DNA of 64,000 nt. It comes from Gordius albopunctatus. Its lineage: Eukaryota. Both the position numbers and the translations under genes were made by a program. The notes under the pieces were generated by a model. It was given only the letters and a program-made list of their open reading frames with translations, did no database searches and was not told the DNA's origin. The DNA lies in NCBI GenBank assembly GCA_964276515.1, contig OZ193910.1, positions 6,448,001-6,512,000 of the forward strand, written 5' to 3'. The stretch's first letter is position 1. Each line of letters opens with the position of its first letter. Positions 41,301-55,700 of the stretch are shown in pieces.

Positions 41301-44300
41301 TTCCTACGGCGTCCCCTATGTGCTAAGGATCGCCCTTGATCGTAACTGGATTCAAAAAAATATTTAAAAAGGTTACAACACCCGGGATTCCCAAGCGGTC
41401 ACCCATCCAAGTACTAACCGGCCCGGGATTCCCAAGCGGTCACCCATTCAAGTACTAACCGGGCTCAACGTTGCTTAACTTCGGTGTTCGGAAGGGAACC
41501 GGTGTTTTCAACGTGATATGGTCGTATCCGTAGATTTAAAGCGTAAATTGTGCTTATAAATCAGGCAAGATTCTTACTTTTTTATTTCCCACCCATATTT
41601 TATCACTTAAAATTTACGCGAGAGCATCGAAATGTGTGTATTTTGTCGTAATCGATGACGCATTACGTGGAATATTTAACTTTTTGATTGTTGGTAGTAA
41701 TTATACAGCTCGAAACAGTTTCATTATCGCGTTTTCGGTTTACTTACTCCCTTTCAGACGCTATACGCCAATTCCGTTGAGGACGGACACCTAGCATTCT
41801 GCCCGACGCAAAATACTCTAAAATCCCTAAATCTCCTATAAAATGGCGCCTAGTATTAAAAATTAATTCACAAATGTATTCCTACGGCGTCCCCTATGTG
41901 CTCAGGATCGCCCTTGATCGTAACTGGATTCAAAAAAATATTTAAAAAGGTTACAACACCCGGGATTCCCAAGCGGTCACCCATCCAAGTACTAACCGGG
42001 CTCAACGTTGCTTAACTTCGGTGTTCGGAAGGGAACCGGTGTTTTCAACGTGATATGGTAGACCGTAGATTTAAAGCGAAAATTGTGCTTATAAATCAGG
42101 CAAGATTCTTACTTTTTTATTTCCCACGCATATTTTATCACTTAAAATTTACGCGAGAGCATCGAAATGTGTGTATTTTGTCGTAATCCGTGACGCAATA
42201 CGTGGAATATTTAACTTTTTGATTGTTGGTAGTAATTATACAGCTCGAAACAGTTTCATTATCGCGTTCTCGGTTTACTTACTCCCTTTCAGACGCCACT
42301 ACGCCAATTCCGTTGAGGGCGGACACCTAGCATTCTGCCCGACGCAAAATACTCTAAAATCCCTAAATCTCCCTTAAAATGGAGCCTAGAATTAAAAATT
42401 AATTCACAAATGTATTCCTACGGCGTCCCCTACCCTTGATCGTAACTGGATTCAAAAAAATATTTAAAAAGGTTACAACACCCGGGATTCCCAAGCTGTC
42501 ACCCATCCAAGTACTAACCGGGCTCAACGTTGCTTAACTTCGGTGTTCGGAAGGGAACCGGTGTTTTCAACGTGATATGGTAGACCGTAGATTTAAAGCG
42601 AAAATTGTGCTTATAAATCAGGCAAGATTCTTACTTTTTTATTTCCCACGCATATTTTATCACTTAAAATTTACGCGAGAGCATCGAAATGTGTGTATTT
42701 TGTCGTAATCCGTGACGCAATACGTGGAATATTTAACTTTTTGATTGTTGGTAGTAATTATACAGCTCGAAACAGTTTCATTATCGCGTTCTCGGTTTAC
42801 TTACTCCCTTTCAGACGCCACTACGCCAATTCCGTTGAGGGCGGACACCTAGCATTCTGCCCGACGCAAAATACTCTAAAATCCCTAAATCTCCCTTAAA
42901 ATGGAGCCTAGAATTAAAAATTAATTCACAAATGTATTCCTACGGCGTCCCCTACCCTTGATCGTAACTGGATTCAAAAAAATATTTAAAAAGGTTACAA
43001 CACCCGGGATTCCCAAGCGGTCACCCATCCTAGTACTAACCGGGCTCAACGTTGCTTAACTTCGGTGTTCGGAAGGGAACCGGTGTTTTCAACGTGATAT
43101 GGTCGTAACCGTAGATTTAAAGCGAAAATTGTGCTTATAAATCAGGCAAGATTCTTACTTTTTTATTTCCCACCCATATTTTATCACTTAAAATTTACGC
43201 GAGAGCATCGAAATGTGTGTATTTTGTCGTAATCGATGACGCATTACGTGGAATATTAAACTTTTTGATTGTTGGTAGTAATTATACAGCTCGAAACAGT
43301 TTCATTATCGCGTTTTCGGTTTACTTACTCCCTTTCAGACGCTATACGCCAATTCCGTTGAGGACGGACACCTAGCATTCTGCCCGACGCAAAATACTCT
43401 AAAATCCCTAAATCTCCTATAAAATGGCGCCTAGAATTAAAAATTAATTCACAAATGTATTCCTACGGCGTCCCCTATGTGCTCAGGATCGCCCTTGATC
43501 GTAACTGGATTCAAAAAAATATTTAAAAAGGTTACAACACCCGGGATTCCCAAGCGGTCACCCATCCAAGTACTAACCGGGCTCAACGTTGCTTAACTTC
43601 GGTGTTCGGAAGGGAACCGGTGTTTTCAACGTGATATGGTAGACCGTAGATTTAAAGCGAAAATTGTGCTTATAAATCAGGCAAGATTCTTACTTTTTTA
43701 TTTCCCACCCATATTTTATCACTTAAAATTTACGCGAGAGCATCGAAATGTGTGTATTTTGTCGTAATCCGTGACGCAATACGTGGAATATTTAACTTTT
43801 TGATTGTTGGTAGTAATTATACAGCTCGAAACAGTTTCATTATCGCGTTCTCGGTTTACTTACTCCCTTTCAGACACCACTACGCCAATTCCGTTGAGGG
43901 CGGACACCTAGCATTCTGCCCGACGCAAAATACTCTAAAATCCCTAAATCTCCTATAAAATGGCGCCTAGAATTAAAAATTAATTCACAAATGTATTCCT
44001 ACGGCGTCCCCTATGTGCTAAGGATCGCCCCTGATCGTAACTGAATTCAAAAAAATATTTAAAAAGGTTACAACACCCGGGATTCCCAAGCGGTCACCCA
44101 TCCAAGTACTAACCGGGCTCAACGTTGCTTAACTTCGGTGTTCGGAAGGGAACCGGTGTTTTCAACGTGATATGGTCGTAACCGTAGATGCAAAGCGAAA
44201 ATTGTGCTTATAAATCAGGCAAGATTCTTACTTTTTTATTTCCCACCCATATTTTATCACTTAAAATTGACGCGAGAGCATCGAAATTTGTGTATTTTGT

Positions 44301-47300
44301 CGTAATCGATGACGCAATACGTAAAATATTTAACTTTTTGATTGTTGGTAGTAATTATACAGCTCGAAACAGTTTCATTATCGCGTTCCAGATTTACTTA
44401 CTCCCTTTCAGACGCCACTACGCCAATTCCGTTGAGGACGGACACCTAGCATTCTGCCCGACGCAAAATACTCTAAAATCCCTAAATCTCCTATATAATG
44501 GCGCCTAGAATTAAAAATTAATTCACAAATGTATTCCTACGGCGTCCGCTGTGTGCTAAGGATCGCCCCTGATCGTAACTGGATTCAAAAAAATATTTAA
44601 AAAGGTTACAACACCCGGGATTCCCAAGCGGTCACCCATCCAAGTACTAACCGGGCTCAACGTTGCTTGACTTCGGTGTTCGGAAGGGAACCGGTGTTTT
44701 CAACGAGATATGGTCGTAACCGTAGATTTAAAGCGAAAATTGTGCTTATAAATCAATCAAGATTCTTACTTTTTTATTTCCCATCCATATTTTATCACTT
44801 AAAATTGACGCGAGAGCATCGAAATTTGTGTATTTTGTCGTAATCGATGACGCAATACGTAAAATATTTAACTTTTTGATTGTTGGTAGTAATTATACAG
44901 CTCGAAACAGTTTCATTATCGCGTTCCAGATTTACTTACTCCCTTTCAGACGCCACTACGCCAATTCCGTTGAAGACGGACACCTAGCATTCTGCCCGAC
45001 GCAAAATACTCTAAAATCCCTAAATCTCCTATATAATGGCGCCTAGAATTAAAAATTAATTCACAAATGTATTCCTACGGCGTCCGCTGTGTGCTAAGGA
45101 TCGCCCCTGATCGTAACTGGATTCAAAAAAATATTTAAAAAGGTTACAACACCCGGGATTCCCAAGCGGTCACCCATCCAAGTACTAACCGGGCTCAACG
45201 TTGCTTAACTTCGGTGTTCGGAAGGGAACCGGTGTTTTCAACGTGATATGGTCGTAACCGTAGATTTAAAGCGAAAGTTGTGCTTATAAATCAGGCAAGA
45301 TTCTTACTTTTTTATTTCCCACCCATATTTTATCACTTAAAATTTACGCGAGAGCATCGAAATGTGTGTATTTTGTCGTAATCGATGACGCATTACGTGG
45401 AATATTTAACTTTTTGATTGTTGGTAGTAATTATACAGCTCGAAACAGTTTCATTATCGCGTTTTCGGTTTACTTACTCCCTTTCAGACGCTATACGCCA
45501 ATTCCGTTGAGGACGGACACCTAGCATTCTGCCCGACGGAAAATACTCTAAAATCCCTAAATCTCCTATAAAATGGCGCCTAGTATTAAAAATTAATTCA
45601 CAAATGTATTCCTACGGCGTCCCCTATGTGCTCAGGATCGCCCTTGATCGTAACTGGATTCAAAAAAATATTTAAAAAGGTTACAACACCCGGGATTCCC
45701 AAGCGGTCACCCATCCAAGTACTAACCGGGCTCAACGTTGCTTAACTTCGGTGTTCGGAAGGGAACCGGTGTTTTCAACGTGATATGGTCGTAACCGTAG
45801 ATTTAAAGCGAAAATTGTGCTTATAAATCAGGCAAGATTCTTACTTTTTTATTTCCCACCCATATTTTATCACTTAAAATTTACGCGAGAGCATCGAAAT
45901 GTGTGTATTTTGTCGTAATCGATGACGCATTACGTGGAATATTTAACTTTTTGATTGTTGGTAGTAATTATACAGCTCGAAACAGTTTCATTATCGCGTT
46001 TTCGGTTTACTTACTCCCTTTCAGACGCCACTACGCCAATTCCGTTGAGGGCGGACACCTAGCATTCTGCCCGACGCAAAATACTCTAAAATCCCTAAAT
46101 CTCCCTTAAAATGCCGCCTAGAATTAAAAATTAATTCACAAATGTATTCCTACGGCGTCCCCTATGTGCTAAGGATCGCCCTTGATCGTAACTGGATTCA
46201 AAAAAATATTTAAAAAGGTTACAACACCCGGGATTCCCAAGCGGTCACCCATTCAAGTACTAACCGGGCTCAACGTTGCTTAACTTCGGTGTTCGGAAGG
46301 GAACCGGTGTTTTCAACGTGATATGGTCGTATCCGTAGATTTAAAGCGTAAATTGTGCTTATAAATCAGGCAAGATTCTTACTTTTTTATTTCCCACCCA
46401 TATTTTATCACTTAAAATTTACGCGAGAGCATCGAAATGTGTGTATTTTGTCGTAATCCGTGAGGCAATACGTGGAATATTTAACTTTTTGATTGTTGGT
46501 AGTAATTATACAGCTCGAAACAGTTTCATTATCGCGTTTTCGGTTTACTTACTCCCTTTCAGACGCTATACGCCAATTCCGTTGAGGACGGACACCTAGC
46601 ATTCTGCCCGACGCAAAATACTCTAAAATCCCTAAATCTCCTATAAAATGGCGCCTAGAATTAAAAATTAATTCACAAATGTATTCCTACGGCGTCCCCT
46701 ATGTGCTAAGGATCGCCCTTGATCGTAACTGGATTCAAAAAAATATTTAAAAAGGTTACAACACCCGGGATTCCCAAGCGGTCACCCATCCAAGTACTAA
46801 CCGGGCTCAACGTTGCTTAACTTCGGTGTTCGGAAGGGAACCGGTGTTTTCAACGTGATATGGTCGTAACCGTAGATTTAAAGCGAAAATTGTGCTTATA
46901 AATCAGGCAAGATTCTTACTTTTTTATTTCCCACCCATATTTTATCACTTAAAATTTACGCGAGAGCATCGAAATGTGTGTATTTTGTCGTAATCGATGA
47001 CGCATTACGTGGAATATTTAACTTTTTGATTGTTGGTAGTAATTATACAACTCGAAACAGTTTCATTATCGCGTTCTCGATTTACTTACTCCCTTTCAGA
47101 CGCTATACGCCAATTCCGTTGAGGACGGACACCTAGCATTCTGCCCGACGCAAAATACTCTAAAATCCCTAAATCTCCTATAAAATGGCGCCTAGAATTA
47201 AAAATTAATTCACAAATGTATTCCTACGGCGTCCCCTATGTGCTAAGGATCGCACTTGATCGTAACTGGATTCAAAAAAATATTTAAAAAGGTTACAACA

Positions 47301-49559
47301 CACGGGATTCCCAAGCGGTCATCCATCCAAGTACTAACCGGGCTCAACGTTGCTTAACTTCGGTGTTCGGAAGGGAACCGGTGTTTTCAGCGTGATATGG
47401 TCGTAACCGTAGATTTAAAGCGAAAATTGTGCTTATAAATCAGGCAAGATTCTTACTTTTTTATTTCCCACCCATATTTTATCACTTAAAATTGACGCGA
47501 GAGCATCGAAATTTGTGTATTTTGTCGTAATCGATGACGCAATACGTAAAATATTTAACTTTTTGATTGTTGGTAGTAATTATACAGCTCGAAACAGTTT
47601 CATTATCGCGTTCCAGATTTACTTACTCCCTTTCAGACGCCACTACGCCAATTCCGTTGAGGACGGACACCTAGCATTCAGCCCGACGCAAAATACTCTA
47701 AAATCCCTAAATCTCCTATAAAATGGCGCCTAGAATTAAAAATTAATTCACAAATGTATTCCTACGGCGTCCCCTATGTTCTAAGGATCGCCCTTGATCG
47801 TAACTGGATTCAAAAAAATATTTAAAAAGGTTACAACACCCGGGATTCCCAAGCGGTCACCCATCCAAGTACTAACCGGCCCGGGATTCCCAAGCGGTCA
47901 CCCATTCAAGTACTAACCGGGCTCAACGTTGCTTAACTTCGGTGTTCGGAAGGGAACCGGTGTTTTCAACGTGATATGGTCGTATCCGTAGATTTAAAGC
48001 GTAAATTGTGCTTATAAATCAGGCAAGATTCTTACTTTTTTATTTCCCACCCATATTTTATCACTTAAAATTTACGCGAGAGCATCGAAATGTGTGTATT
48101 TTGTCGTAATCGATGACGCATTACGTGGAATATTTAACTTTTTGATTGTTGGTAGTAATTATACAGCTCGAAACAGTTTCATTATCGCGTTCTCTGTTTA
48201 CTTACTCCCTTTCAGACGCCACTACGCCAATTCCGTTGAGGGCGGACACCTAGCATTCTGCCCGACGCAAAATACTCTAAAATCACTAAATCTCCCTTAA
48301 AATGGCGCCTAGAATTAAAAATTAATTCACAAATGTATTCCTACGGCGTCCCCTATGTGCTAAGGATCGCCCTTGATCGTAACTGGATTCAAAAAAATAT
48401 TTAAAAAGGTTACAACACCCGGGATTCCCAAGCGGTCACCCATCCAAGTACTAACCGGCCCGGGATTCCCAAGCGGTCACCCATTCAAGTACTAACCGGG
48501 CTCACCGTTGCTTAACTTCGGTGTTCGGAAGGGAACCGGTGTTTTCAACGTGATATGGTAGACCGTAGATTTAAAGCGAAAATTGTGCTTATAAATCAGG
48601 CAAGATTCTTACTTTTTTATTTCCCACCCATATTTTATCACTTAAAATTTACGCGAGAGCATCGAAATGTGTGTATTTTGTCGTAATCGATGACGCATTA
48701 CGTGGAATATTTAACTTTTTGATTGTTGGTAGTAATTATACAGCTCGAAACAGTTTCATTATCGCGTTCTCGATTTACTTACTCCCTTTCAACGCTATAC
48801 GCCAATTCCGTTGAGGACGGACACCTAGCATTCTGCCCGACGCAAAATACTCTAAAATCCCTAAATCTCCTATAAAATGGCGCCTAGAATTAAAAATTAA
48901 TTCACAAATGTATTCCTACGGCGTCCCCTATGTTCTAAGGATCGCCCTTGATCGTAACTGGATTCAAAAAAATATTTAAAAAGGTTACAACACCCGGGAT
49001 TCCCAAGCGGTCACCCATCCAAGTACTAACCGGCCCGGGATTCCCAAGCGGTCACCCATTCAAGTACTAACCGGGCTCAACGTTGCTTAACTTCGGTGTT
49101 CGGAAGGGAACCGGTGTTTTCAACGTGATATGGTCGTATCCGTAGATTTAAAGCGTAAATTGTGCTTATAAATCAGGCAAGATTCTTACTTTTTTATTTC
49201 CCACCCATATTTTATCACTTAAAATTTACGCGAGAGCATCGAAATGTGTGTATTTTGTCGTAATCGATGACGCATTACGTGGAATATTTAACTTTTTGAT
49301 TGTTGGTAGTAATTATACAGCTCGAAACAGTTTCATTATCGCGTTCTCGATTTACTTACTCCCTTTCAGACGCTATACGCCAATTCCGTTGAGGACGGAC
49401 ACCTAGCATTCTGCCCGACGCAAAATACTCTAAAATCCCTAAATCTCCTATAAAATGGCGCCTAGAATTAAAAATTAATTCACAAATGTATTCCTACGGC
49501 GTCCCCTATGTGCTAAGGATCGCCCTTGATCGTAACTGGATTCAAAAAAATATTTAAAA

Positions 49560-49719
49560 AGGTTACAACACCCGGGATTCCCAAGCGGTCACCCATCCAA
49601 GTACTAACCGGCCCGGGATTCCCAAGCGGTCACCCATTCAAGTACTAACCGGGCTCAACGTTGCTTAACTTCGGTGTTCGGAAGGGAACCGGTGTTTTCA
49701 ACGTGATATGGTCGTATCC
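49560..49719 (-). rRNA. 160-nt duplicated-arm 5S variant (last copy seen)
   Basis: Same 41-bp duplication and the T3A 5' end (gtcgtatcc). Confidence 0.88.
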
Positions 49720-52700
49720 GTAGATTTAAAGCGTAAATTGTGCTTATAAATCAGGCAAGATTCTTACTTTTTTATTTCCCACCCATATTTTATCACTTAA
49801 AATTTACGCGAGAGCATCGAAATGTGTGTATTTTGTCGTAATCGATGACGCATTACGTGGAATATTTAACTTTTTGATTGTTGGTAGTAATTATACAGCT
49901 CGAAACAGTTTCATTATCGCGTTTTCGGTTTACTTACTCCCTTTCAGACGCTATACGCCAATTCCGTTGAGGACGGACACCTAGCATTCTGCCCGACGCA
50001 AAATACTCTAAAATCCCTAAATCTCCTATAAAATGGCGCCTAGTATTAAAAATTAATTCACAAATGTATTCCTACGGCGTCCCCTATGTGCTCAGGATCG
50101 CCCTTGATCGTAACTGGATTCAAAAAAATATTTAAAAAGGTTACAACACCCGGGATTCCCAAGCGGTCACCCATCCAAGTACTAACCGGGCTCAACGTTG
50201 CTTAACTTCGGTGTTCGGAAGGGAACCGGTGTTTTCAACGTGATATGGTAGACCGTAGATTTAAAGCGAAAATTGTGCTTATAAATCAGGCAAGATTCTT
50301 ACTTTTTTATTTCCCACGCATATTTTATCACTTAAAATTTACGCGAGAGCATCGAAATGTGTGTATTTTGTCGTAATCCGTGACGCAATACGTGGAATAT
50401 TTAACTTTTTGATTGTTGGTAGTAATTATACAGCTCGAAACAGTTTCATTATCGCGTTCTCGGTTTACTTACTCCCTTTCAGACGCCACTACGCCAATTC
50501 CGTTGAGGGCGGACACCTAGCATTCTGCCCGACGCAAAATACTCTAAAATCCCTAAATCTCCCTTAAAATGGAGCCTAGAATTAAAAATTAATTCACAAA
50601 TGTATTCCTACGGCGTCCCCTACCCTTGATCGTAACTGGATTCAAAAAAATATTTAAAAGGTTACAACACCCGGGATTCCCAAGCGGTCACCCATCCAAG
50701 TACTAACCGGGCTCAACGTTGCTTAACTTCGGTGTTCGGAAGGGAACCGGTGTTTTCAACGTGATATGGTAGACCGTAGATTTAAAGCGAAAATTGTGCT
50801 TATAAATCAGGCAAGATTCTTACTTTTTTATTTCCCACGCATATTTTATCACTTAAAATTTACGCGAGAGCATCGAAATGTGTGTATTTTGTCGTAATCC
50901 GTGACGCAATACGTGGAATATTTAACTTTTTGATTGTTGGTAGTAATTATACAGCTCGAAACAGTTTCATTATCGCGTTCTCGGTTTACTTACTCCCTTT
51001 CAGACGCCACTACGCCAATTCCGTTGAGGGCTGACACCTAGCATTCTGCCCGACGCAAAATACTCTAAAATCCCTAAATCTCCCTTAAAATGGAGCCTAG
51101 AATTAAAAATTAATTCACAAATGTATTCCTACGGCGTCCCCTACCCTTGATCGTAACTGGATTCAAAAAAATATTTAAAAAGGTTACAACACCCGGGATT
51201 CCCAAGCGGTCACCCATCCTAGTACTAACCGGGCTCAACGTTGCTTAACTTCGGTGTTCGGAAGGGAACCGGTGTTTTCAACGTGATATGGTCGTAACCG
51301 TAGATTTAAAGCGAAAATTGTGCTTATAAATCAGGCAAGATTCTTACTTTTTTATTTCCCACCCATATTTTATCACTTAAAATTTACGCGAGAGCATCGA
51401 AATGTGTGTATTTTGTCGTAATCGATGACGCATTACGTGGAATATTAAACTTTTTGATTGTTGGTAGTAATTATACAGCTCGAAACAGTTTCATTATCGC
51501 GTTTTCGGTTTACTTACTCCCTTTCAGACGCTATACGCCAATTCCGTTGAGGACGGACACCTAGCATTCTGCCCGACGCAAAATACTCTAAAATCCCTAA
51601 ATCTCCTATAAAATGGCGCCTAGAATTAAAAATTAATTCACAAATGTATTCCTACGGCGTCCCCTATGTGCTCAGGATCGCCCTTGATCGTAACTGGATT
51701 CAAAAAAATATTTAAAAAGGTTACAACACCCGGGATTCCCAAGCGGTCACCCATCCAAGTACTAACCGGGCTCAACGTTGCTTAACTTCGGTGTTCGGAA
51801 GGGAACCGGTGTTTTCAACGTGATATGGTAGACCGTAGATTTAAAGCGAAAATTGTGCTTATAAATCAGGCAGGACTTACTTTTTTATTTCCCACGCATA
51901 TTTTATCACTTAAAATTTACGCGAGAGCATCGAAATGTGTGTATTTTGTCGTAATCCGTGACGCAATACGTGGAATATTTAACTTTTTGATTGTTGGTAG
52001 TAATTATACAGCTCGAAACAGTTTCATTATCGCGTTCTCGGTTTACTTACTCCCTTTCAGACGCCACTACGCCAATTCCGTTGAGGGCGGACACCTAGCA
52101 TTCTGCCCGACGCAAAATACTCTAAAATCCCTAAATCTCCCTTAAAATGGAGCCTAGAATTAAAAATTAATTCACAAATGTATTCCTACGGCGTCCCCTA
52201 CCCTTGATCGTAACTGGATTCAAAAAAATATTTAAAAGGTTACAACACCCGGGATTCCCAAGCGGTCACCCATCCAAGTACTAACCGGGCTCAACGTTGC
52301 TTAACTTCGGTGTTCGGAAGGGAACCGGTGTTTTCAACGTGATATGGTAGACCGTAGATTTAAAGCGAAAATTGTGCTTATAAATCAGGCAAGATTCTTA
52401 CTTTTTTATTTCCCACGCATATTTTATCACTTAAAATTTACGCGAGAGCATCGAAATGTGTGTATTTTGTCGTAATCCGTGACGCAATACGTGGAATATT
52501 TAACTTTTTGATTGTTGGTAGTAATTATACAGCTCGAAACAGTTTCATTATCGCGTTCTCGGTTTACTTACTCCCTTTCAGACGCCACTACGCCAATTCC
52601 GTTGAGGGCGGACACCTAGCATTCTGCCCGACGCAAAATACTCTAAAATCCCTAAATCTCCCTTAAAATGGAGCCTAGAATTAAAAATTAATTCACAAAT

Positions 52701-55700
52701 GTATTCCTACGGCGTCCCCTACCCTTGATCGTAACTGGATTCAAAAAAATATTTAAAAAGGTTACAACACCCGGGATTCCCAAGCGGTCACCCATCCTAG
52801 TACTAACCGGGCTCAACGTTGCTTAACTTCGGTGTTCGGAAGGGAACCGGTGTTTTCAACGTGATATGGTCGTAACCGTAGATTTAAAGCGAAAATTGTG
52901 CTTATAAATCAGGCAAGATTCTTACTTTTTTATTTCCCACCCATATTTTATCACTTAAAATTTACGCGAGAGCATCGAAATGTGTGTATTTTGTCGTAAT
53001 CGATGACGCATTACGTGGAATATTAAACTTTTTGATTGTTGGTAGTAATTATACAGCTCGAAACAGTTTCATTATCGCGTTTTCGGTTTACTTACTCCCT
53101 TTCAGACGCTATACGCCAATTCCGTTGAGGACGGACACCTAGCATTCTGCCCGACGCAAAATACTCTAAAATCCCTAAATCTCCTATAAAATGGCGCCTA
53201 GAATTAAAAATTAATTCACAAATGTATTCCTACGGCGTCCCCTATGTGCTCAGGATCGCCCTTGATCGTAACTGGATTCAAAAAAATATTTAAAAAGGTT
53301 ACAACACCCGGGATTCCCAAGCGGTCACCCATCCAAGTACTAACCGGGCTCAACGTTGCTTAACTTCGGTGTTCGGAAGGGAACCGGTGTTTTCAACGTG
53401 ATATGGTAGACCGTAGATTTAAAGCGAAAATTGTGCTTATAAATCAGGCAAGATTCTTACTTTTTTATTTCCCACGCATATTTTATCACTTAAAATTTAC
53501 GCGAGAGCATCGAAATGTGTGTATTTTGTCGTAATCCGTGACGCAATACGTGGAATATTTAACTTTTTGATTGTTGGTAGTAATTATACAGCTCGAAACA
53601 GTTTCATTATCGCGTTCTCGGTTTACTTACTCCCTTTCAGACGCCACTACGCCAATTCCGTTGAGGGCGGACACCTAGCATTCTGCCCGACGCAAAATAC
53701 TCTAAAATCCCTAAATCTCCCTTAAAATGGAGCCTAGAATTAAAAATTAATTCACAAATGTATTCCTACGGCGTCCCCTACCCTTGATCGTAACTGGATT
53801 CAAAAAAATATTTAAAAGGTTACAACACCCGGGATTCCCAAGCGGTCACCCATCCAAGTACTAACCGGGCTCAACGTTGCTTAACTTCGGTGTTCGGAAG
53901 GGAACCGGTGTTTTCAACGTGATATGGTAGACCGTAGATTTAAAGCGAAAATTGTGCTTATAAATCAGGCAAGATTCTTACTTTTTTATTTCCCACGCAT
54001 ATTTTATCACTTAAAATTTACGCGAGAGCATCGAAATGTGTGTATTTTGTCGTAATCCGTGACGCAATACGTGGAATATTTAACTTTTTGATTGTTGGTA
54101 GTAATTATACAGCTCGAAACAGTTTCATTATCGCGTTCTCGGTTTACTTACTCCCTTTCAGACGCCACTACGCCAATTCCGTTGAGGGCGGACACCTAGC
54201 ATTCTGCCCGACGCAAAATACTCTAAAATCCCTAAATCTCCCTTAAAATGGAGCCTAGAATTAAAAATTAATTCACAAATGTATTCCTACGGCGTCCCCT
54301 ACCCTTGATCGTAACTGGATTCAAAAAAATATTTAAAAAGGTTACAACACCCGGGATTCCCAAGCGGTCACCCATCCTAGTACTAACCGGGCTCAACGTT
54401 GCTTAACTTCGGTGTTCGGAAGGGAACCGGTGTTTTCAACGTGATATGGTCGTAACCGTAGATTTAAAGCGAAAATTGTGCTTATAAATCAGGCAAGATT
54501 CTTACTTTTTTATTTCCCACCCATATTTTATCACTTAAAATTTACGCGAGAGCATCGAAATGTGTGTATTTTGTCGTAATCGATGACGCATTACGTGGAA
54601 TATTAAACTTTTTGATTGTTGGTAGTAATTATACAGCTCGAAACAGTTTCATTATCGCGTTTTCGGTTTACTTACTCCCTTTCAGACGCTATACGCCAAT
54701 TCCGTTGAGGACGGACACCTAGCATTCTGCCCGACGCAAAATACTCTAAAATCCCTAAATCTCCTATAAAATGGCGCCTAGAATTAAAAATTAATTCACA
54801 AATGTATTCCCACGGCGTCCCCTATGTGCTCAGGATCGCCCTTGATCGTAACTGGATTCAAAAAAATATTTAAAAAGGTTACAACACCCGGGATTCCCAA
54901 GCGGTCACCCATCCAAGTACTAACCGGGCTCAACGTTGCTTAACTTCGGTGTTCGGAAGGGAACCGGTGTTTTCAACGTGATATGGTAGACCGTAGATTT
55001 AAAGCGAAAATTGTGCTTATAAATCAGGCAAGATTCTTACTTTTTTATTTCCCACCCATATTTTATCACTTAAAATTTACGCGAGAGCATCGAAATGTGT
55101 GTATTTTGTCGTAATCCGTGACGCAATACGTGGAATATTTAACTTTTTGATTGTTGGTAGTAATTATACAGCTCGAAACAGTTTCATTATCGCGTTCTCG
55201 GTTTACTTACTCCCTTTCAGACACCACTACGCCAATTCCGTTGAGGGCGGACACCTAGCATTCTGCCCGACGCAAAATACTCTAAAATCCCTAAATCTCC
55301 TATAAAATGGCGCCTAGAATTAAAAATTAATTCACAAATGTATTCCTACGGCGTCCCCTATGTGCTAAGGATCGCCCCTGATCGTAACTGAATTCAAAAA
55401 AATATTTAAAAAGGTTACAACACCCGGGATTCCCAAGCGGTCACCCATCCAAGTACTAACCGGGCTCAACGTTGCTTAACTTCGGTGTTCGGAAGGGAAC
55501 CGGTGTTTTCAACGTGATATGGTAGACCGTAGATTTAAAGCGAAAATTGTGCTTATAAATCAGGCAAGATTCTTACTTTTTTATTTCCCACCCATATTTT
55601 ATCACTTAAAATTTACGCGAGAGCATCGAAATGTGTGTATTTTGTCGTAATCCGTGACGCAATACGTGGAATATTTAACTTTTTGATTGTTGGTAGTAAT

